Positions 39,003 through 48,741 of a DNA stretch of 59,357 nt are shown here, piece by piece (positions within the stretch are counted from its first letter, which is position 1; every line of letters starts with the position of its first letter). The position numbers were made by a program, and so were the translations under genes. Source of the DNA: a virus (taxonomy: Duplodnaviria; Caudoviricetes); IMG/VR virus record IMGVR_UViG_3300032261_000006, positions 1-59,357 of that record, one strand, 5' to 3'. The notes beneath the pieces were generated by a model. It was not told the origin of the DNA. It saw nothing but the letters and a program-made list of their open reading frames with translations, and searched no databases.

Positions 39003-40541
39003 TTAATACAACGATACGACTGGTTTCTGATTTTGCCGCTGCGTTTCTCTTTCTCTCTCCAATGCTTCACTGTAATGGCCGATGATAGCCGCAGCGCCGC
39101 TCGGAATTTCAGCATAAGCCAACATTGCGGCCTCCGCATGGTCCGGTGATTTCACGCCGCGCCGCCGTGCATCCTCTTTGGATTCGATCTCGACTTTGCC
39201 TTTGGCATTGTGTTCATACCGCAATGAGGAAAGCTGCGCAATGTCCTTGTCGTCTAGGCCCGCGATTTCACCGGTCTGGAATCGCATGCGCAACTGCCAA
39301 TAAAGCTGGGCCTTGAGGTTGGCAAATTCCAATTCGCCACGGCGCTTGGATTTGTTGGCTGGTTCCACGCCGACGTTGACGTATTTTATATTCGGTATAC
39401 CTTCGCTCTCCAGATGCTTCAGCAAATAATAGCCGATGCCAACCGAATCGCCGTTCAGCCGAGCCAACCGCTCCTTATATTGACGGAGAACGTGCAGCAC
39501 TTTGCCGCGTGGGTCGCGGTCAGCCCAGGACCATTTTCCGATGCGGCGTCCCTGGCTATTGCGAAGAACTAATACAGTTTCGTCTTCGCCTGGACCGGCG
39601 ATGTCCAGACCCCCGTACAGGTCGTCGGTCTCGCTTGATTCGATTTCGCGGTGTTTGGCCAATTCCAACCAGGAAAGCGGAAACAAAGCGTCAGGCGACT
39701 CCGCAGGGAAATTGCCGAGCACGCGTGATTGGAAGATCGGCGAATCTTCGCCCCACTCGTCGTATTTCTCGCGCACCCAGCGCCGCGTGATGAGATAAGG
39801 CCGGATGTTGTCATCCAACTCATCCTCGGTCATTTTCAGCAGCTTTTCTTTGGTCACGCCACGAAAATTCGGCGTGTCGAATGCCGAAATGGTGCACGTG
39901 TGCCATCCGAAGCGGTTCTGGGCGAAAGCGTCGTAAAAAGGACCAGAAGTCACGACAGGATTGCCGAGAGCCAGCACATGAACGTCACCGCCTGCGCGGA
40001 TTCCTTCGACTGCTTCCCAGATTTTAGGATCGACGCCCGGTGCTTCATCCAACACAATCAAAATATGGCCGCTGTGGAAGCCCTGGAATCGCGCACCTTC
40101 GATTTTAGTGTTGACTGAAGTAGAAAAGCCAATGGCATAGCGCTTTGGCGTGATCTTGAGCAAGGTCTGGTTTGGCTGTGGGAACTTGAGGCGGGAATAG
40201 CGCAAAGCTGCGTGGATCTCGCCCCAAAGCAGAACACGGACTTGAATGTCGGTGGGAGCAGTTGTAATCACTACACCATCGGTGTAGCGAGCGAGCCAAA
40301 ACAGGACCAATTCCGCTGCGGAATACGTTTTGCCCGACGAGTGACAAGCCTTGACCGCGACCCGCCGATGCTTCATGACCATCCGGTGAATCTCGGCCTG
40401 TTTGGACCAGATGTCATGCTGCAAATAATGGCGGGAAAACGTATCAGGCGACAGCGCCAAATTGCGCGCCAGCCGCTGCCGTCTCGTCAATGGAGTCACT
40501 GTCATTTTTAAGTCAAAAATGGGCGGATGTTCAACAATCAA
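39003..40541 (-). CDS. terL: terminase large subunit
   Basis: Walker A CHSSGKT, TAPT, Walker B IVLDEA, GNP, GLDIA..G.D, SPDHAEA. Confidence 0.93.
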   Translation of the reverse strand: MIVEHPPIFDLKMTVTPLTRRQRLARNLALSPDTFSRHYLQHDIWSKQAEIHRMVMKHRRVAVKACHSSGKTYSAAELVLFWLARYTDGVVITTAPTDIQVRVLLWGEIHAALRYSRLKFPQPNQTLLKITPKRYAIGFSTSVNTKIEGARFQGFHSGHILIVLDEAPGVDPKIWEAVEGIRAGGDVHVLALGNPVVTSGPFYDAFAQNRFGWHTCTISAFDTPNFRGVTKEKLLKMTEDELDDNIRPYLITRRWVREKYDEWGEDSPIFQSRVLGNFPAESPDALFPLSWLELAKHREIESSETDDLYGGLDIAGPGEDETVLVLRNSQGRRIGKWSWADRDPRGKVLHVLRQYKERLARLNGDSVGIGYYLLKHLESEGIPNIKYVNVGVEPANKSKRRGELEFANLKAQLYWQLRMRFQTGEIAGLDDKDIAQLSSLRYEHNAKGKVEIESKEDARRRGVKSPDHAEAAMLAYAEIPSGAAAIIGHYSEALERERETQRQNQKPVVSLY

Positions 40542-40565
40542 ACACCCGCCCGCCTCAAGAGGGGT

Positions 40566-40907
40566 TCAAGAGGGTTTCGCAACCGGTGGTGGCGTGGGCG
40601 CTGTTGGCGGATGCGCTGTAGTGGTGGTCGTGGTGGTAGTGGTGGTCGGCGCTGCCGAATGCGGAGTATTGGCCTTCACCGCAGCCGACAAGGAATCCGT
40701 GTTGGCTTTGATGCCGTCTATGACCTTCTGCAAATCTGCCGAGCTGATAGAAGGTCCCTTATTGGCCAATTCTTGGATTTTGGCAGTAAGACCGTTGAGG
40801 AGAGTCACGGCGGACTGATCTACGGTCTTCTCCGCGTTAACTGCGTTAAGCAAATCCTGCAAACTTGCAGGCGCAGGTGTCGTTGGAGGCGTTGGGGTTG
40901 TTGCCAT
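40566..40907 (-). CDS. hypothetical coiled-coil protein with Thr/Pro tails
   Basis: TV..SA.TLL.GL pattern; AAAGG RBS. Confidence 0.6.
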   Translation of the reverse strand: MATTPTPPTTPAPASLQDLLNAVNAEKTVDQSAVTLLNGLTAKIQELANKGPSISSADLQKVIDGIKANTDSLSAAVKANTPHSAAPTTTTTTTTTTAHPPTAPTPPPVAKPS

Positions 40908-40948
40908 TGTGATGTTGCCTTTCCTTTAATAGGCCAAATGAATTAAAT

Positions 40949-40978
40949 GGAAGGCCCGGAAGACGGGCCTCTCGTGAA
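40949..40978. repeat. dispersed palindrome copy
   Basis: GGAAGGCCC-GGAAGAC-GGGCCTCTCGTGAA. Confidence 0.75.
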
Positions 40979-40980
40979 TA

Positions 40981-41616
40981 TTATTGGTTTGCTGCCTTTT
41001 CGTCAGTGGCGATGAGTCTATCAAATACATTAAGCGTTACATCCTCGGTCGTGTCTTCCGGTCTCACGTCGCCGAGAGCCCTGCTGGTCAATTCGCAGCC
41101 AGCTTTGGCCAACGTGGCCGCAACTTGTTTATCGTACCACTTCACCGGCTGAATAATGGTTTGATTCGCACCGGCAATCTTCCTGGTAAGTGTAATCGGA
41201 TATTCGAGCATCTCTTTGGCTTGATTCAACATCGCCTCACCGATGCCCCACAGTTGCTCGCGCTGTTCGTCCCGGCGTTTGATCCATAAATCAGCTTTTT
41301 CTTCGACGCGGGTCCGGACCGCATCTTCCTCCATTCGGATCAAATGTTCGTCCCAAAGTTTAGCGCGTTGTGCCCAATTATGGATGCTGACCCAATCGGA
41401 GAAGAAATGTGGCACCTGCACACGATTCATGGCGATGCGCTTCTTGCTCAGTTTGGATACATCGGCGTGCAGCACGTACAGGCGATAAGCGCCAGCTACC
41501 GTGCGTTCTAGACCAAGGCCAATGTAGAACTGGAAAGCGGCAAACTGCAGGTCGGTCTCATTCGTCAGCCGCTCCCACGGTTGCTTCTTCCGTGGCGGCA
41601 CGACTTTGGGCGTCAT
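40981..41616 (-). CDS. terS: terminase small subunit (probable)
   Basis: PWER...ET..QFAAFQ.Y..LG..R and W...HNWAQRAKLWD; upstream of terL. Confidence 0.7.
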   Translation of the reverse strand: MTPKVVPPRKKQPWERLTNETDLQFAAFQFYIGLGLERTVAGAYRLYVLHADVSKLSKKRIAMNRVQVPHFFSDWVSIHNWAQRAKLWDEHLIRMEEDAVRTRVEEKADLWIKRRDEQREQLWGIGEAMLNQAKEMLEYPITLTRKIAGANQTIIQPVKWYDKQVAATLAKAGCELTSRALGDVRPEDTTEDVTLNVFDRLIATDEKAANQ

Positions 41617-41712
41617 TTTTACACTCCTCGCAAATGTCAGGATAGCCGACGCCGTGTTTGCACAGCCAAAGGTCGGTCGACGGTGGATATTTGTGATGGA
41701 ACATCGCTTTCA

Positions 41713-42216
41713 TTACGGCCTCCATTTGGGCAAAGTGCAGAAAGGCCCGTCCGCAAAAGCGAGAAAATAGGTGCGAACTACAATCTCATTCGGAGTGTGA
41801 TCGCGTCTGCGGTCGGCTTCAATTCGCCTCAATTCGGGCTTGGAAAATGATGCAACATCGGCTGGCGACAAATCCCAGCCGAGCCGTTGCTCCGGTGGGC
41901 GCATTATCGCGCCGTGCGTCAAAATTCGATGCGCGTGCACGATGCGCCGCTGCCCGCTGTTCAGCCGCACGATTTCGCGCCGCGTGGTCCGGTTTGCAGC
42001 GCACAGGCTGTAGCCAAGGTCGATGGATTTCAACGTGCAACCTAGCACGCGGTCATGATTGTGGCGTGAAAAGAAGGGAACCGCGATTCCGTCGCGGCAA
42101 AGCTGATCGACGATCCGTCTATCAGCGGAGTAGGCGAAATTACCGGAAGGATAACAAACGCGCAGCTTTACGGCCAAAGCGGTCTCCAGACAGCGAAACG
42201 CCCATAAAAGCGGCAA
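41713..42216 (-). CDS. hypothetical protein (start uncertain)
   Basis: Only long ORF in late orientation between the late promoter and terS. Confidence 0.4.
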   Translation of the reverse strand: MPLLWAFRCLETALAVKLRVCYPSGNFAYSADRRIVDQLCRDGIAVPFFSRHNHDRVLGCTLKSIDLGYSLCAANRTTRREIVRLNSGQRRIVHAHRILTHGAIMRPPEQRLGWDLSPADVASFSKPELRRIEADRRRDHTPNEIVVRTYFLAFADGPFCTLPKWRP

Positions 42217-42421
42217 GCCCTGAGGGTTCCGGGCCTGAAACCGGAGAACCGCAGGCTACGATCCACGGTTTCCGGCTCCAAACCCGCATCGAACCAGAGC
42301 CAAGTGAGAGAGACAAACTCCGGTCCAAACCAGCTGACCCAACGAAGCTGGTGTCAAACACCGTTTCAGAGCAAACGGTTTGCGTCAGTTTCACAGACCT
42401 AATTGAACTACGCTACTTTCG

Positions 42422-42450
42422 ATTCTACCAGATCTGTAAGCCGGTGTCAA
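42422..42450 (-). promoter_or_regulatory. probable late promoter TTGACA-17-TGgTAGAAT
   Basis: Near-consensus sigma70 promoter at the head of the packaging/structural genes. Confidence 0.75.
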
Positions 42451-42499
42451 GTGGGCGGCCCGGTGCGGCTCGGAAGCATACACCACAGGCGTGTGGTGG

Positions 42500-42787
42500 C
42501 TAGTTGTTGACGGCCCGACCGCTGCCCAAACATGGAATTTTAACGCGCACCGGATCGTCAGGACGGCCTACCGCTGTAATTGCGACAACCATGCCGCACG
42601 TGGCACATTTGATATGCCAATAGCCGCATTCAGGAGCCGGATACGGCAACTCCACCAGACAATTCAACTTCTGGCAATCCATGTTAACTTCCACGCCGTT
42701 TGGGAAGGCCGGGTCTGGCGCATTTCGCGCCTTTCCCCGGCCCGACTTCACGAATGTGATCTGTTTATCCTTGCGGTCGACCCACAT
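42500..42787 (-). CDS. hypothetical Cys-rich protein
   Basis: GGAGG RBS; LPYPAPECG, CATCG, GRPDDP. Confidence 0.65.
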   Translation of the reverse strand: MWVDRKDKQITFVKSGRGKARNAPDPAFPNGVEVNMDCQKLNCLVELPYPAPECGYWHIKCATCGMVVAITAVGRPDDPVRVKIPCLGSGRAVNN

Positions 42788-44425
42788 TCAATCCTCCTTT
42801 TGGACCTCCACGTCAACGAACGTGTCCATGGCCCGCGTGATCGCCACGTAGTGCAGGTTGGTCTCCTGCTGCATTTGCCAATCCTGCCGAGCGAATTTCG
42901 ACGGCATCCAAAGATTCCGCCCGTAGAGGAAAACTCGCGGCCATTCGCGGCCCTTGGATTTGTGAATGGAGGAAAGCGTCAAGGTCAACGCTGGCGTGCC
43001 GTCCGCAGTGTCGGCAAACATCGATTCAACGCGCTTTTTGAGATCGGCCACGGTCGATGCTGGCGGCATGCCCTCGATGAAAGCCAGCAGCGTGTCCACT
43101 TTGTCGGTGATTTGGTCGGCTTCCAACTCCCGGCCCTTCGCCATCAACCGTGCGATTTGGCGGATCTTGTATTCCTTCAACTTGTTGACCAGGACGTCCA
43201 TCCGGTTGACCTTCCATTTGGAGGCCAATTCGATGATGCCCCTGCCGATTTCGCGGCCTTCAACATGGCAAGGAACGCCGCGCCGAATCAGGGAATAAGC
43301 GAGCCCGATAAGCGGTGCATTTTTGCGGCAAAGGATCGCATCGGTCGGCTGGAATTCGGTCTGCATGAACTCGGTCCGTCTGACCTGCAGCTTGACCACG
43401 CCGTCAATGGCGGTTTCGGCGGCCCGAATGTGAGAAACGAATGCCTGCGCATGCTCCACGACCAGCTTTGGGCAGCGCCAGGAAACGGTAAGCGGAATGT
43501 CCTTGGCGTTGAATTCGTGCCGGATGATGTCGAGCGAGTCCGAATCGGCCCCGGTGAAACCGTAGATGGCCTGATGCCGGTCACCAACAAAAACTGCACG
43601 GCCACCGGGTTTCAGCATCTTTTTGGCCAGGAAACGCCGAGCCGGATTGATGTCCTGCGCTTCATCCACGAACAGCCAGTCATTCTGCCAAACCCGGCAA
43701 TGGGCCATCAGCGGCAAATAGATCTGGTCGTCGAAATCAACAACCTCGCGAGCGATGGCATTGCCACGCTGCAGAACCTCTTGCGCCAACGTCACACCGG
43801 TTTTCAGCAACTCTTCGTGATTGGAACGGAGGCGGCCATCCTCGTCGGCCAGATGGCCTTCCAGGTCAAAGTGGTCCACGATGTCCCACCATGCGTCGTC
43901 CTTGGAAATCGGAACCACCACGCCGATGCAACGCTGTTTGGCTAGCGAGACCAGAGCCTTAACGAAGCTGTGGTAAATCGGGTCCAGATCCATGTCGCCT
44001 GCGATCCGCCGAAACTTGAAGTAACCGGCCTGCGGATACCGACCGGTGACGTCCAGGCCCTCAAGCTTGCAATCCGGCGCTGCCTTGCGCCAAGCGCCCC
44101 AACCGAAACTGTGGAAAGTGCCGACCTTGACCGTGGTGGGTAGACCGGCCCTGATCATCTTGCCAGCGATCTCGTCGGCGATCTTTTTGTTGTAGGCAGC
44201 CACGTCGATGAACGTTCGCGGCTGCAGCTTCACCGCCGCCTTGACCATTTCGATGATAGTGGTGGTTTTGCCCGACCCAGCGACGGCTTCCAGGATGCAA
44301 TTGCCGCGCCCGGTAGTAACCCAATCGACCGCTGCCATCTGTTGCGGGGAGAGAGTGTTGATTCGGACTGCCGGTGCCTGATCCGGTTCCGGCTTGAAGT
44401 TCGAGAGACCAAAATTGACCGTCAT
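42788..44425 (-). CDS. UvrD/Rep-family SF1 helicase
   Basis: AVAGSGKTT, TFHS, VDEAQD, VGD.HQAIYGF, SWRCP, IHKSKGREW, YVAITRA. AAAGGA RBS before the ATG at 44425. Confidence 0.92.
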   Translation of the reverse strand: MTVNFGLSNFKPEPDQAPAVRINTLSPQQMAAVDWVTTGRGNCILEAVAGSGKTTTIIEMVKAAVKLQPRTFIDVAAYNKKIADEIAGKMIRAGLPTTVKVGTFHSFGWGAWRKAAPDCKLEGLDVTGRYPQAGYFKFRRIAGDMDLDPIYHSFVKALVSLAKQRCIGVVVPISKDDAWWDIVDHFDLEGHLADEDGRLRSNHEELLKTGVTLAQEVLQRGNAIAREVVDFDDQIYLPLMAHCRVWQNDWLFVDEAQDINPARRFLAKKMLKPGGRAVFVGDRHQAIYGFTGADSDSLDIIRHEFNAKDIPLTVSWRCPKLVVEHAQAFVSHIRAAETAIDGVVKLQVRRTEFMQTEFQPTDAILCRKNAPLIGLAYSLIRRGVPCHVEGREIGRGIIELASKWKVNRMDVLVNKLKEYKIRQIARLMAKGRELEADQITDKVDTLLAFIEGMPPASTVADLKKRVESMFADTADGTPALTLTLSSIHKSKGREWPRVFLYGRNLWMPSKFARQDWQMQQETNLHYVAITRAMDTFVDVEVQKED

Positions 44426-44500
44426 GATATCCTTTCGACCAATGGTAGAGTTTACGAGAGCCCCGGCGTCCGGCGTCCTCGTTTGTGTGTCCATATTTTT

Positions 44501-44530
44501 ATTAAAACATGGAGAGCACCGGTTTGTCAA
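44501..44530 (-). promoter_or_regulatory. early-family promoter TTGACA-18-TTTAAT
   Basis: AATACTTGACAAACC..CATGTTTTAAT. Confidence 0.75.
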
Positions 44531-44686
44531 GTATTGGGAAGGTTACGTAAGAATGGGTTTGCCATACCTGTTTTCAGGTTACTTGGTTGTACTTCCCAAG
44601 TTGGTTCCGTGGCCTTGCCCGTTAATTGCAACCGCCCGGCCCTTGCAGTTGACCTTCCATTCAGGTTCCCGGTATCGGTTCCGGTA

Positions 44687-44884
44687 TCAGAATCTAGGTG
44701 CCATCGTCAGCCAGATGGCCATAAGCGCAAAGAAACTGGCCTCCGGGTAAACGCGGCCACTCACGCCTAGATAAAGAGCGTAGAGAGCCGCCGCCCAGGA
44801 CAGAACCGCCAGAACTACATGGAAAATACTTTTACCGGTCATCGGTGCCACAGGTGTTCCTCCTTGGGTTGTAGTAACCGCCAT
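44687..44884 (-). CDS. small two-TM membrane protein
   Basis: GGAGG RBS; hydrophobic. Confidence 0.55.
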   Translation of the reverse strand: MAVTTTQGGTPVAPMTGKSIFHVVLAVLSWAAALYALYLGVSGRVYPEASFFALMAIWLTMAPRF

Positions 44885-45314
44885 GCGTCCTCCAATTCAG
44901 GTTTCGGTTTAGGTCTCCGGATTTGGGGGCTGGCTGGTCCGACCTACCTCCGGACCTGATGCGTCTGCCAGCAAGACGGCCCTGACCACCAGGACTAATG
45001 CCCAGGTTCCCTACAACCTGGGAAAGAAGGAGGCATTCTCACCTCCGTTATCCCGTGGCTTACTGGATTTGCCGCGAGCTTCCCTATAGCCGACACTGCG
45101 ATCGGGTTCCAGCGGGAGCCCTTGGTTCCCCCCCTACCCCAGACCCCACCCCCCTTCCCCTATCTCAACATGGCTGGCTGGTGGCTGTCAATACCCTGGT
45201 GGGAGCGGTGGATGCTGCGGACAGACATCGCAGTCGTCTTGGACGTCATACAAAAGGGCTGGTCGAGAAGTGTTATCAGCTTCTCACCAGCCAACGAGCC
45301 GCTCCCATAATTTG

Positions 45315-46091
45315 TCACTGTTTTTCTCCGGACCGTCCCGTAAAAATGTTGAAAAGTGTCCATTGACGGTCGTCGGTTTTACCGGTGGTTTTGATCTCAA
45401 ATAGATTACTGTTGGTTGCGGCGTCGATGCCCGATACCGGCAAGGGCAACCGGCCCCGCCCGCCTGGAAGTTGACCGGCACGCAGCATCCAGACCAGCAA
45501 GATCGATATGTCGTAGCGCTGCAGCCGGTCACCCAGGCATTGGGAATGCATCGATTGCCGCCCGTCCGGCAGGATGTGGCATGAATCGATGGCATAGACT
45601 GCCAGCAAGTAATCAGAAATCATGGACCGGTGACATTTCCACCAGAGGCCCTCCGCGCAGCAAATCGCAATTTTCGCGCCCTGAATCCGGTTGACTAAAC
45701 CGGCAGCCGCCCGTTGAAAGTCGCCGAGCAGGGTAAAGAACGAGTAATGATAAAGGCCAAGGCTCGTCCATTCCGGCCCTGGCCCCGGCTTCCTCTTCTT
45801 TGCGATTTCGTGCTTAGGGAATCGTGCGCCTGCGTACGCAGCCAAATTCACTTCCGGCAGGAAGGGTTGGTAACTAAGGTGTCTGGCCGTCCAGCCGCCT
45901 AAATCCGGCATCCAAATGTATTGAATTCCGGCATTGTACAGATGGGCCGTCATCGGCATGCGCGAAAAATGTGGCAAATGGCTGACCGGATGCGACCGGA
46001 CATCGACAAGGCATTTGATACCGGCCCCGGTGAGCAAATGAGTGAAGACGTCGAAGTCTTGATAGTTGGAATGCCCGATCGTGTAGATCAT
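45315..46091 (-). CDS. DUF488-family protein
   Basis: IYTIGHS, LVDVRS.P.S..PHF, LGG, CCAE..WKCHR..I. Confidence 0.85.
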   Translation of the reverse strand: MIYTIGHSNYQDFDVFTHLLTGAGIKCLVDVRSHPVSHLPHFSRMPMTAHLYNAGIQYIWMPDLGGWTARHLSYQPFLPEVNLAAYAGARFPKHEIAKKRKPGPGPEWTSLGLYHYSFFTLLGDFQRAAAGLVNRIQGAKIAICCAEGLWWKCHRSMISDYLLAVYAIDSCHILPDGRQSMHSQCLGDRLQRYDISILLVWMLRAGQLPGGRGRLPLPVSGIDAATNSNLFEIKTTGKTDDRQWTLFNIFTGRSGEKQ

Positions 46092-46402
46092 TGATATACC
46101 TCCAGGTAATCGGATTCCCAATATTCTGGCTCGGGCATAAGTTCAGTCCAGATGGAGATAGCTACGCATTTCTCGCCTGGGTAAATCGGTCTTCCACAAC
46201 TGTCGCAATTGAAGTAATTAAGCGATAACTGTTGCGGAATTCCGTTCACGTAGAGGATTCGATTCTTTGGATTAGGGCGCTTTGCGACCCCGCGAGTCAC
46301 GCGTTCGAATTTGGCAGGCTCGCCTTGATCTGTGCGCGACAGAATAAGCCTCTTGTTGCTACTAACTTTAGCTCTCCCGCAATCTTTGCAGTGGAGTCTC
46401 AT
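46088..46402 (-). CDS. hypothetical Zn-finger protein
   Basis: CKDC ... CDSC; ATGA-coupled. Confidence 0.55.
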   Translation of the reverse strand: MRLHCKDCGRAKVSSNKRLILSRTDQGEPAKFERVTRGVAKRPNPKNRILYVNGIPQQLSLNYFNCDSCGRPIYPGEKCVAISIWTELMPEPEYWESDYLEVYQ

Positions 46403-46614
46403 TTGTGGCCTGCCTTCCAACCCTTCCGGCTTTGCCGCAAATAGGTCATCGCATGGCGCAGTGTGCGCACAGCTTCCGCAAATTCAGGTTCCGGTACCGT
46501 GGTGTCGGCGCAGAGATCGACAACTGCAACCATCAGCGCTACTTCAGTCGGTCGCCGATTTTTAGCAATGCATCTGATGCCGACGCGTTGATCATTCGTT
46601 ATGTAGCATTTCAT
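46399..46614 (-). CDS. hypothetical protein
   Basis: ATGA-coupled in the early-left operon. Confidence 0.5.
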   Translation of the reverse strand: MKCYITNDQRVGIRCIAKNRRPTEVALMVAVVDLCADTTVPEPEFAEAVRTLRHAMTYLRQSRKGWKAGHK

Positions 46615-46886
46615 GCTATCACCACTTTGGATCCGTTCGTTTCGTTGTACCATCGCTGATCAAAATCGAGCATCGCAGCTTCCGGCGTATTGCCCCGGCC
46701 CGCCACGCCCACGATCGATCTTTGGGTGCCCCGGCCCGTGATGTCCATCACTGTCTCGGTATCGCCAGTGCCGTAAATGGCGATGAACTGCGAGCCGTTA
46801 TGCAGCAGCCGAGGTTTGAAGACCCGGCTGGGCCGCAGCGATTCGCGTAAGAGTTCAGCAATTGATTGGAGTGATTGTGATTCCAT
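46611..46886 (-). CDS. hypothetical protein
   Basis: AAGGAG RBS; G.G.TPE.AM.DFD. Confidence 0.65.
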   Translation of the reverse strand: MESQSLQSIAELLRESLRPSRVFKPRLLHNGSQFIAIYGTGDTETVMDITGRGTQRSIVGVAGRGNTPEAAMLDFDQRWYNETNGSKVVIA

Positions 46887-46940
46887 TTGGTCTCCTTATT
46901 CATTCCCATTCTACCGCCCAAGATCAACGTTCCTTTTTAC

Positions 46941-47150
46941 TCATTTTTTGTCAGGCTCCCGTATCTTGCCAAAGGCCCACTCCGCCCAATCTAGATCTAT
47001 TTTGGCAATCGCTGTCAGCAGGATGCCGTGCCCTACGTCCATCGGTATATGGACCGCGCCAGTACCTGTTAAAGCCGCCAGAACGATGATTGCGAGGTTG
47101 AGCACGAAGCCGAAGGTTAGTTTTAATAATTCAATAGTCCTATCATTCAT
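46941..47150 (-). CDS. small membrane protein (holin-like)
   Basis: AAGGA RBS; hydrophobic segments. Confidence 0.45.
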   Translation of the reverse strand: MNDRTIELLKLTFGFVLNLAIIVLAALTGTGAVHIPMDVGHGILLTAIAKIDLDWAEWAFGKIREPDKK

Positions 47151-47284
47151 GCTCGTCCTTTTCGTAGATATCGAATATCGGCGGCAAATTCGGTGGTGGT
47201 CCGGGTGGATCCACACTTTGGAATTTTTTGGGGACGGGCCTACGGAAAACTGTAATGAACGCTTTCAGCAAACTGAGCACCGGA

Positions 47285-47599
47285 TTACTTGCGCGCCTTG
47301 GCATCATTCTCTTCCTGTAGTTGTTGCCGAATGGATTCCGCCACGTCGGATGCATAGCGAGACAAATACGTAAAGAGGGCCTCAGCCTCCGCAGCGCCGA
47401 TACCCTGGTATTCAGGGAACCGGCGGAAATAATAGCAAAGCTGCGTCCGCGTCATTTGATTCTCCTCTGGAATGGGAGGCCCGAATTCGGCCTCCGCCTC
47501 TTCCATCAGTTCGCGCTCCTGCTGGCCTTCCATTTCCAGCTCACATTGCACGCACACCAGTTGCCCTGGCAGCGTTTCTCCGTCGCACCGTCCGCACAT
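47285..47599 (-). CDS. hypothetical Zn-finger protein
   Basis: CGRC ... CVQC. Confidence 0.5.
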   Translation of the reverse strand: MCGRCDGETLPGQLVCVQCELEMEGQQERELMEEAEAEFGPPIPEENQMTRTQLCYYFRRFPEYQGIGAAEAEALFTYLSRYASDVAESIRQQLQEENDAKARK

Positions 47600-47600
47600 T

Positions 47601-47843
47601 TTAGAAGCCCTCCGATTTTAGGAATTCGTTGCCAACCTCCTCGACTTTGCGCTCGAACTCGACCCGAGCCCTGGTCTCCGATTCGAATGGCCATTCACCG
47701 GTCAAATGGCCGCTGCGCCTGACCCGCAGCAGGAACGGGCCGCTGGAGCCTTTCACGACCGAAACTTCGACGCCCGGTGCCGGTGTCGAAAAGACCAAAG
47801 TGCTTGGGTGCCGGTTGTTGGAATCAAACCGTGTGGCTGTCAT
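47601..47843 (-). CDS. hypothetical protein
   Basis: GGGAG RBS before MTATR. Confidence 0.5.
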   Translation of the reverse strand: MTATRFDSNNRHPSTLVFSTPAPGVEVSVVKGSSGPFLLRVRRSGHLTGEWPFESETRARVEFERKVEEVGNEFLKSEGF

Positions 47844-47854
47844 GGCGTGTCTCC

Positions 47855-48037
47855 CTACCGGCTCCGGTGGATGTTTCCACATTCCACCTTGAACAGCATT
47901 CCCTTGGCATTTACGACGGTCACTTCGGCTGCATACGATAACCGGCATATGTAATTCCAGGTCTGCTCTGTATCGGCCATGGTCCGCTTTGCGTTCCCTG
48001 CCGTTTCAATCGTTAGCATCGTCGTTGTCGTTGTCAT
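47855..48037 (-). CDS. hypothetical protein
   Basis: First ORF after promoter 48059-48088. Confidence 0.45.
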   Translation of the reverse strand: MTTTTTMLTIETAGNAKRTMADTEQTWNYICRLSYAAEVTVVNAKGMLFKVECGNIHRSR

Positions 48038-48058
48038 CGCGCCTGCCCCCCATTTTCC

Positions 48059-48088
48059 ATTGGAACATGAGAAATTATGGTTTGTCAA
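48059..48088 (-). promoter_or_regulatory. early-family promoter TTGACA-18-TCCAAT
   Basis: AATACTTGACAAACC..CATGTTCCAATGGAAAATGG. Confidence 0.7.
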
Positions 48089-48100
48089 GTATTTGATGGG

Positions 48101-48292
48101 TTACTTTGATGGGTTACTTTCCGGTTTAGCCCCCTGGTGCCCGCAATGATAACAGGTGCCCTGCGGGTCACGCTGTTTGTGCTCGCAGTCGCGTTGAATC
48201 CGCCTATAAGTCTCCATGCGCGTCTCCTCCCTTCGCACGCGTGCGTATAGGCCGTTGCCGATCGGTACGTAGTGGAATGTATAAACTTTCAT
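48101..48292 (-). CDS. hypothetical protein
   Basis: AGGAG RBS; CEH...CYHCG. Confidence 0.5.
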   Translation of the reverse strand: MKVYTFHYVPIGNGLYARVRREETRMETYRRIQRDCEHKQRDPQGTCYHCGHQGAKPESNPSK

Positions 48293-48312
48293 GCCGTTTA
48301 ATCTCCTAATAT

Positions 48313-48343
48313 TTTACGAGAGGCCCGTCCTTCGGGCCTCCCA
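48313..48343. repeat. dispersed palindrome copy
   Basis: TTTACGAGAGGCCC-GTCCTTC-GGGCCTCCCA. Confidence 0.75.
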
Positions 48344-48353
48344 TTTAAATGCC

Positions 48354-48668
48354 TCAAAAGTGTGGGTCGTAGTACCGCCGCTGCGTGCCCAGGCTGACCC
48401 CTCCGCTGCCGACTTTGTTGCCCATGACCCGGTATATGCCGTCCGATCGCCGCGTCGCTTTCCAAGTCCGGCCCTGGCTTTTGGCCGCGAAAGGTTGATA
48501 CCGGTATTGAGCCGAGCCGTCCTGCTGTGAACCCGAAATCACAATAGCATCGACCTCTCGAATGGTGATTTGATAGCCGGTGCGGCTAACCGCTTCCACG
48601 ACGCCTGGGTAACAGTCCGTCACGCTGTAAACTGTCGCTATCGTACCGATCATCGGCTTCGTCTTCAT
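48354..48668 (-). CDS. conserved phage hypothetical protein
   Basis: GGAGG RBS; G.AT....TD.YP ... LG..R.YYDPHF. Confidence 0.7.
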   Translation of the reverse strand: MKTKPMIGTIATVYSVTDCYPGVVEAVSRTGYQITIREVDAIVISGSQQDGSAQYRYQPFAAKSQGRTWKATRRSDGIYRVMGNKVGSGGVSLGTQRRYYDPHF

Positions 48669-48689
48669 CGCGCCTTACCTCCACTTTCG

Positions 48690-48719
48690 ATTAAACCACG
48701 GCAAATCGCCGTTTGTCAA
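48690..48719 (-). promoter_or_regulatory. early-family promoter TTGACA-18-TTTAAT
   Basis: AATACTTGACAAAC..CGTGGTTTAATCGAAAGTGGAGG. Confidence 0.75.
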
Positions 48720-48741
48720 GTATTTGGCAGGCATGCTGGGG

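Noticed and set aside
40612-40650. GTG/GTA triplet run
   Set aside because: Simply encodes a poly-Thr linker.
42491-43945. 484-aa plus-strand ORF
   Set aside because: Antisense to the well-supported UvrD helicase; no motifs.
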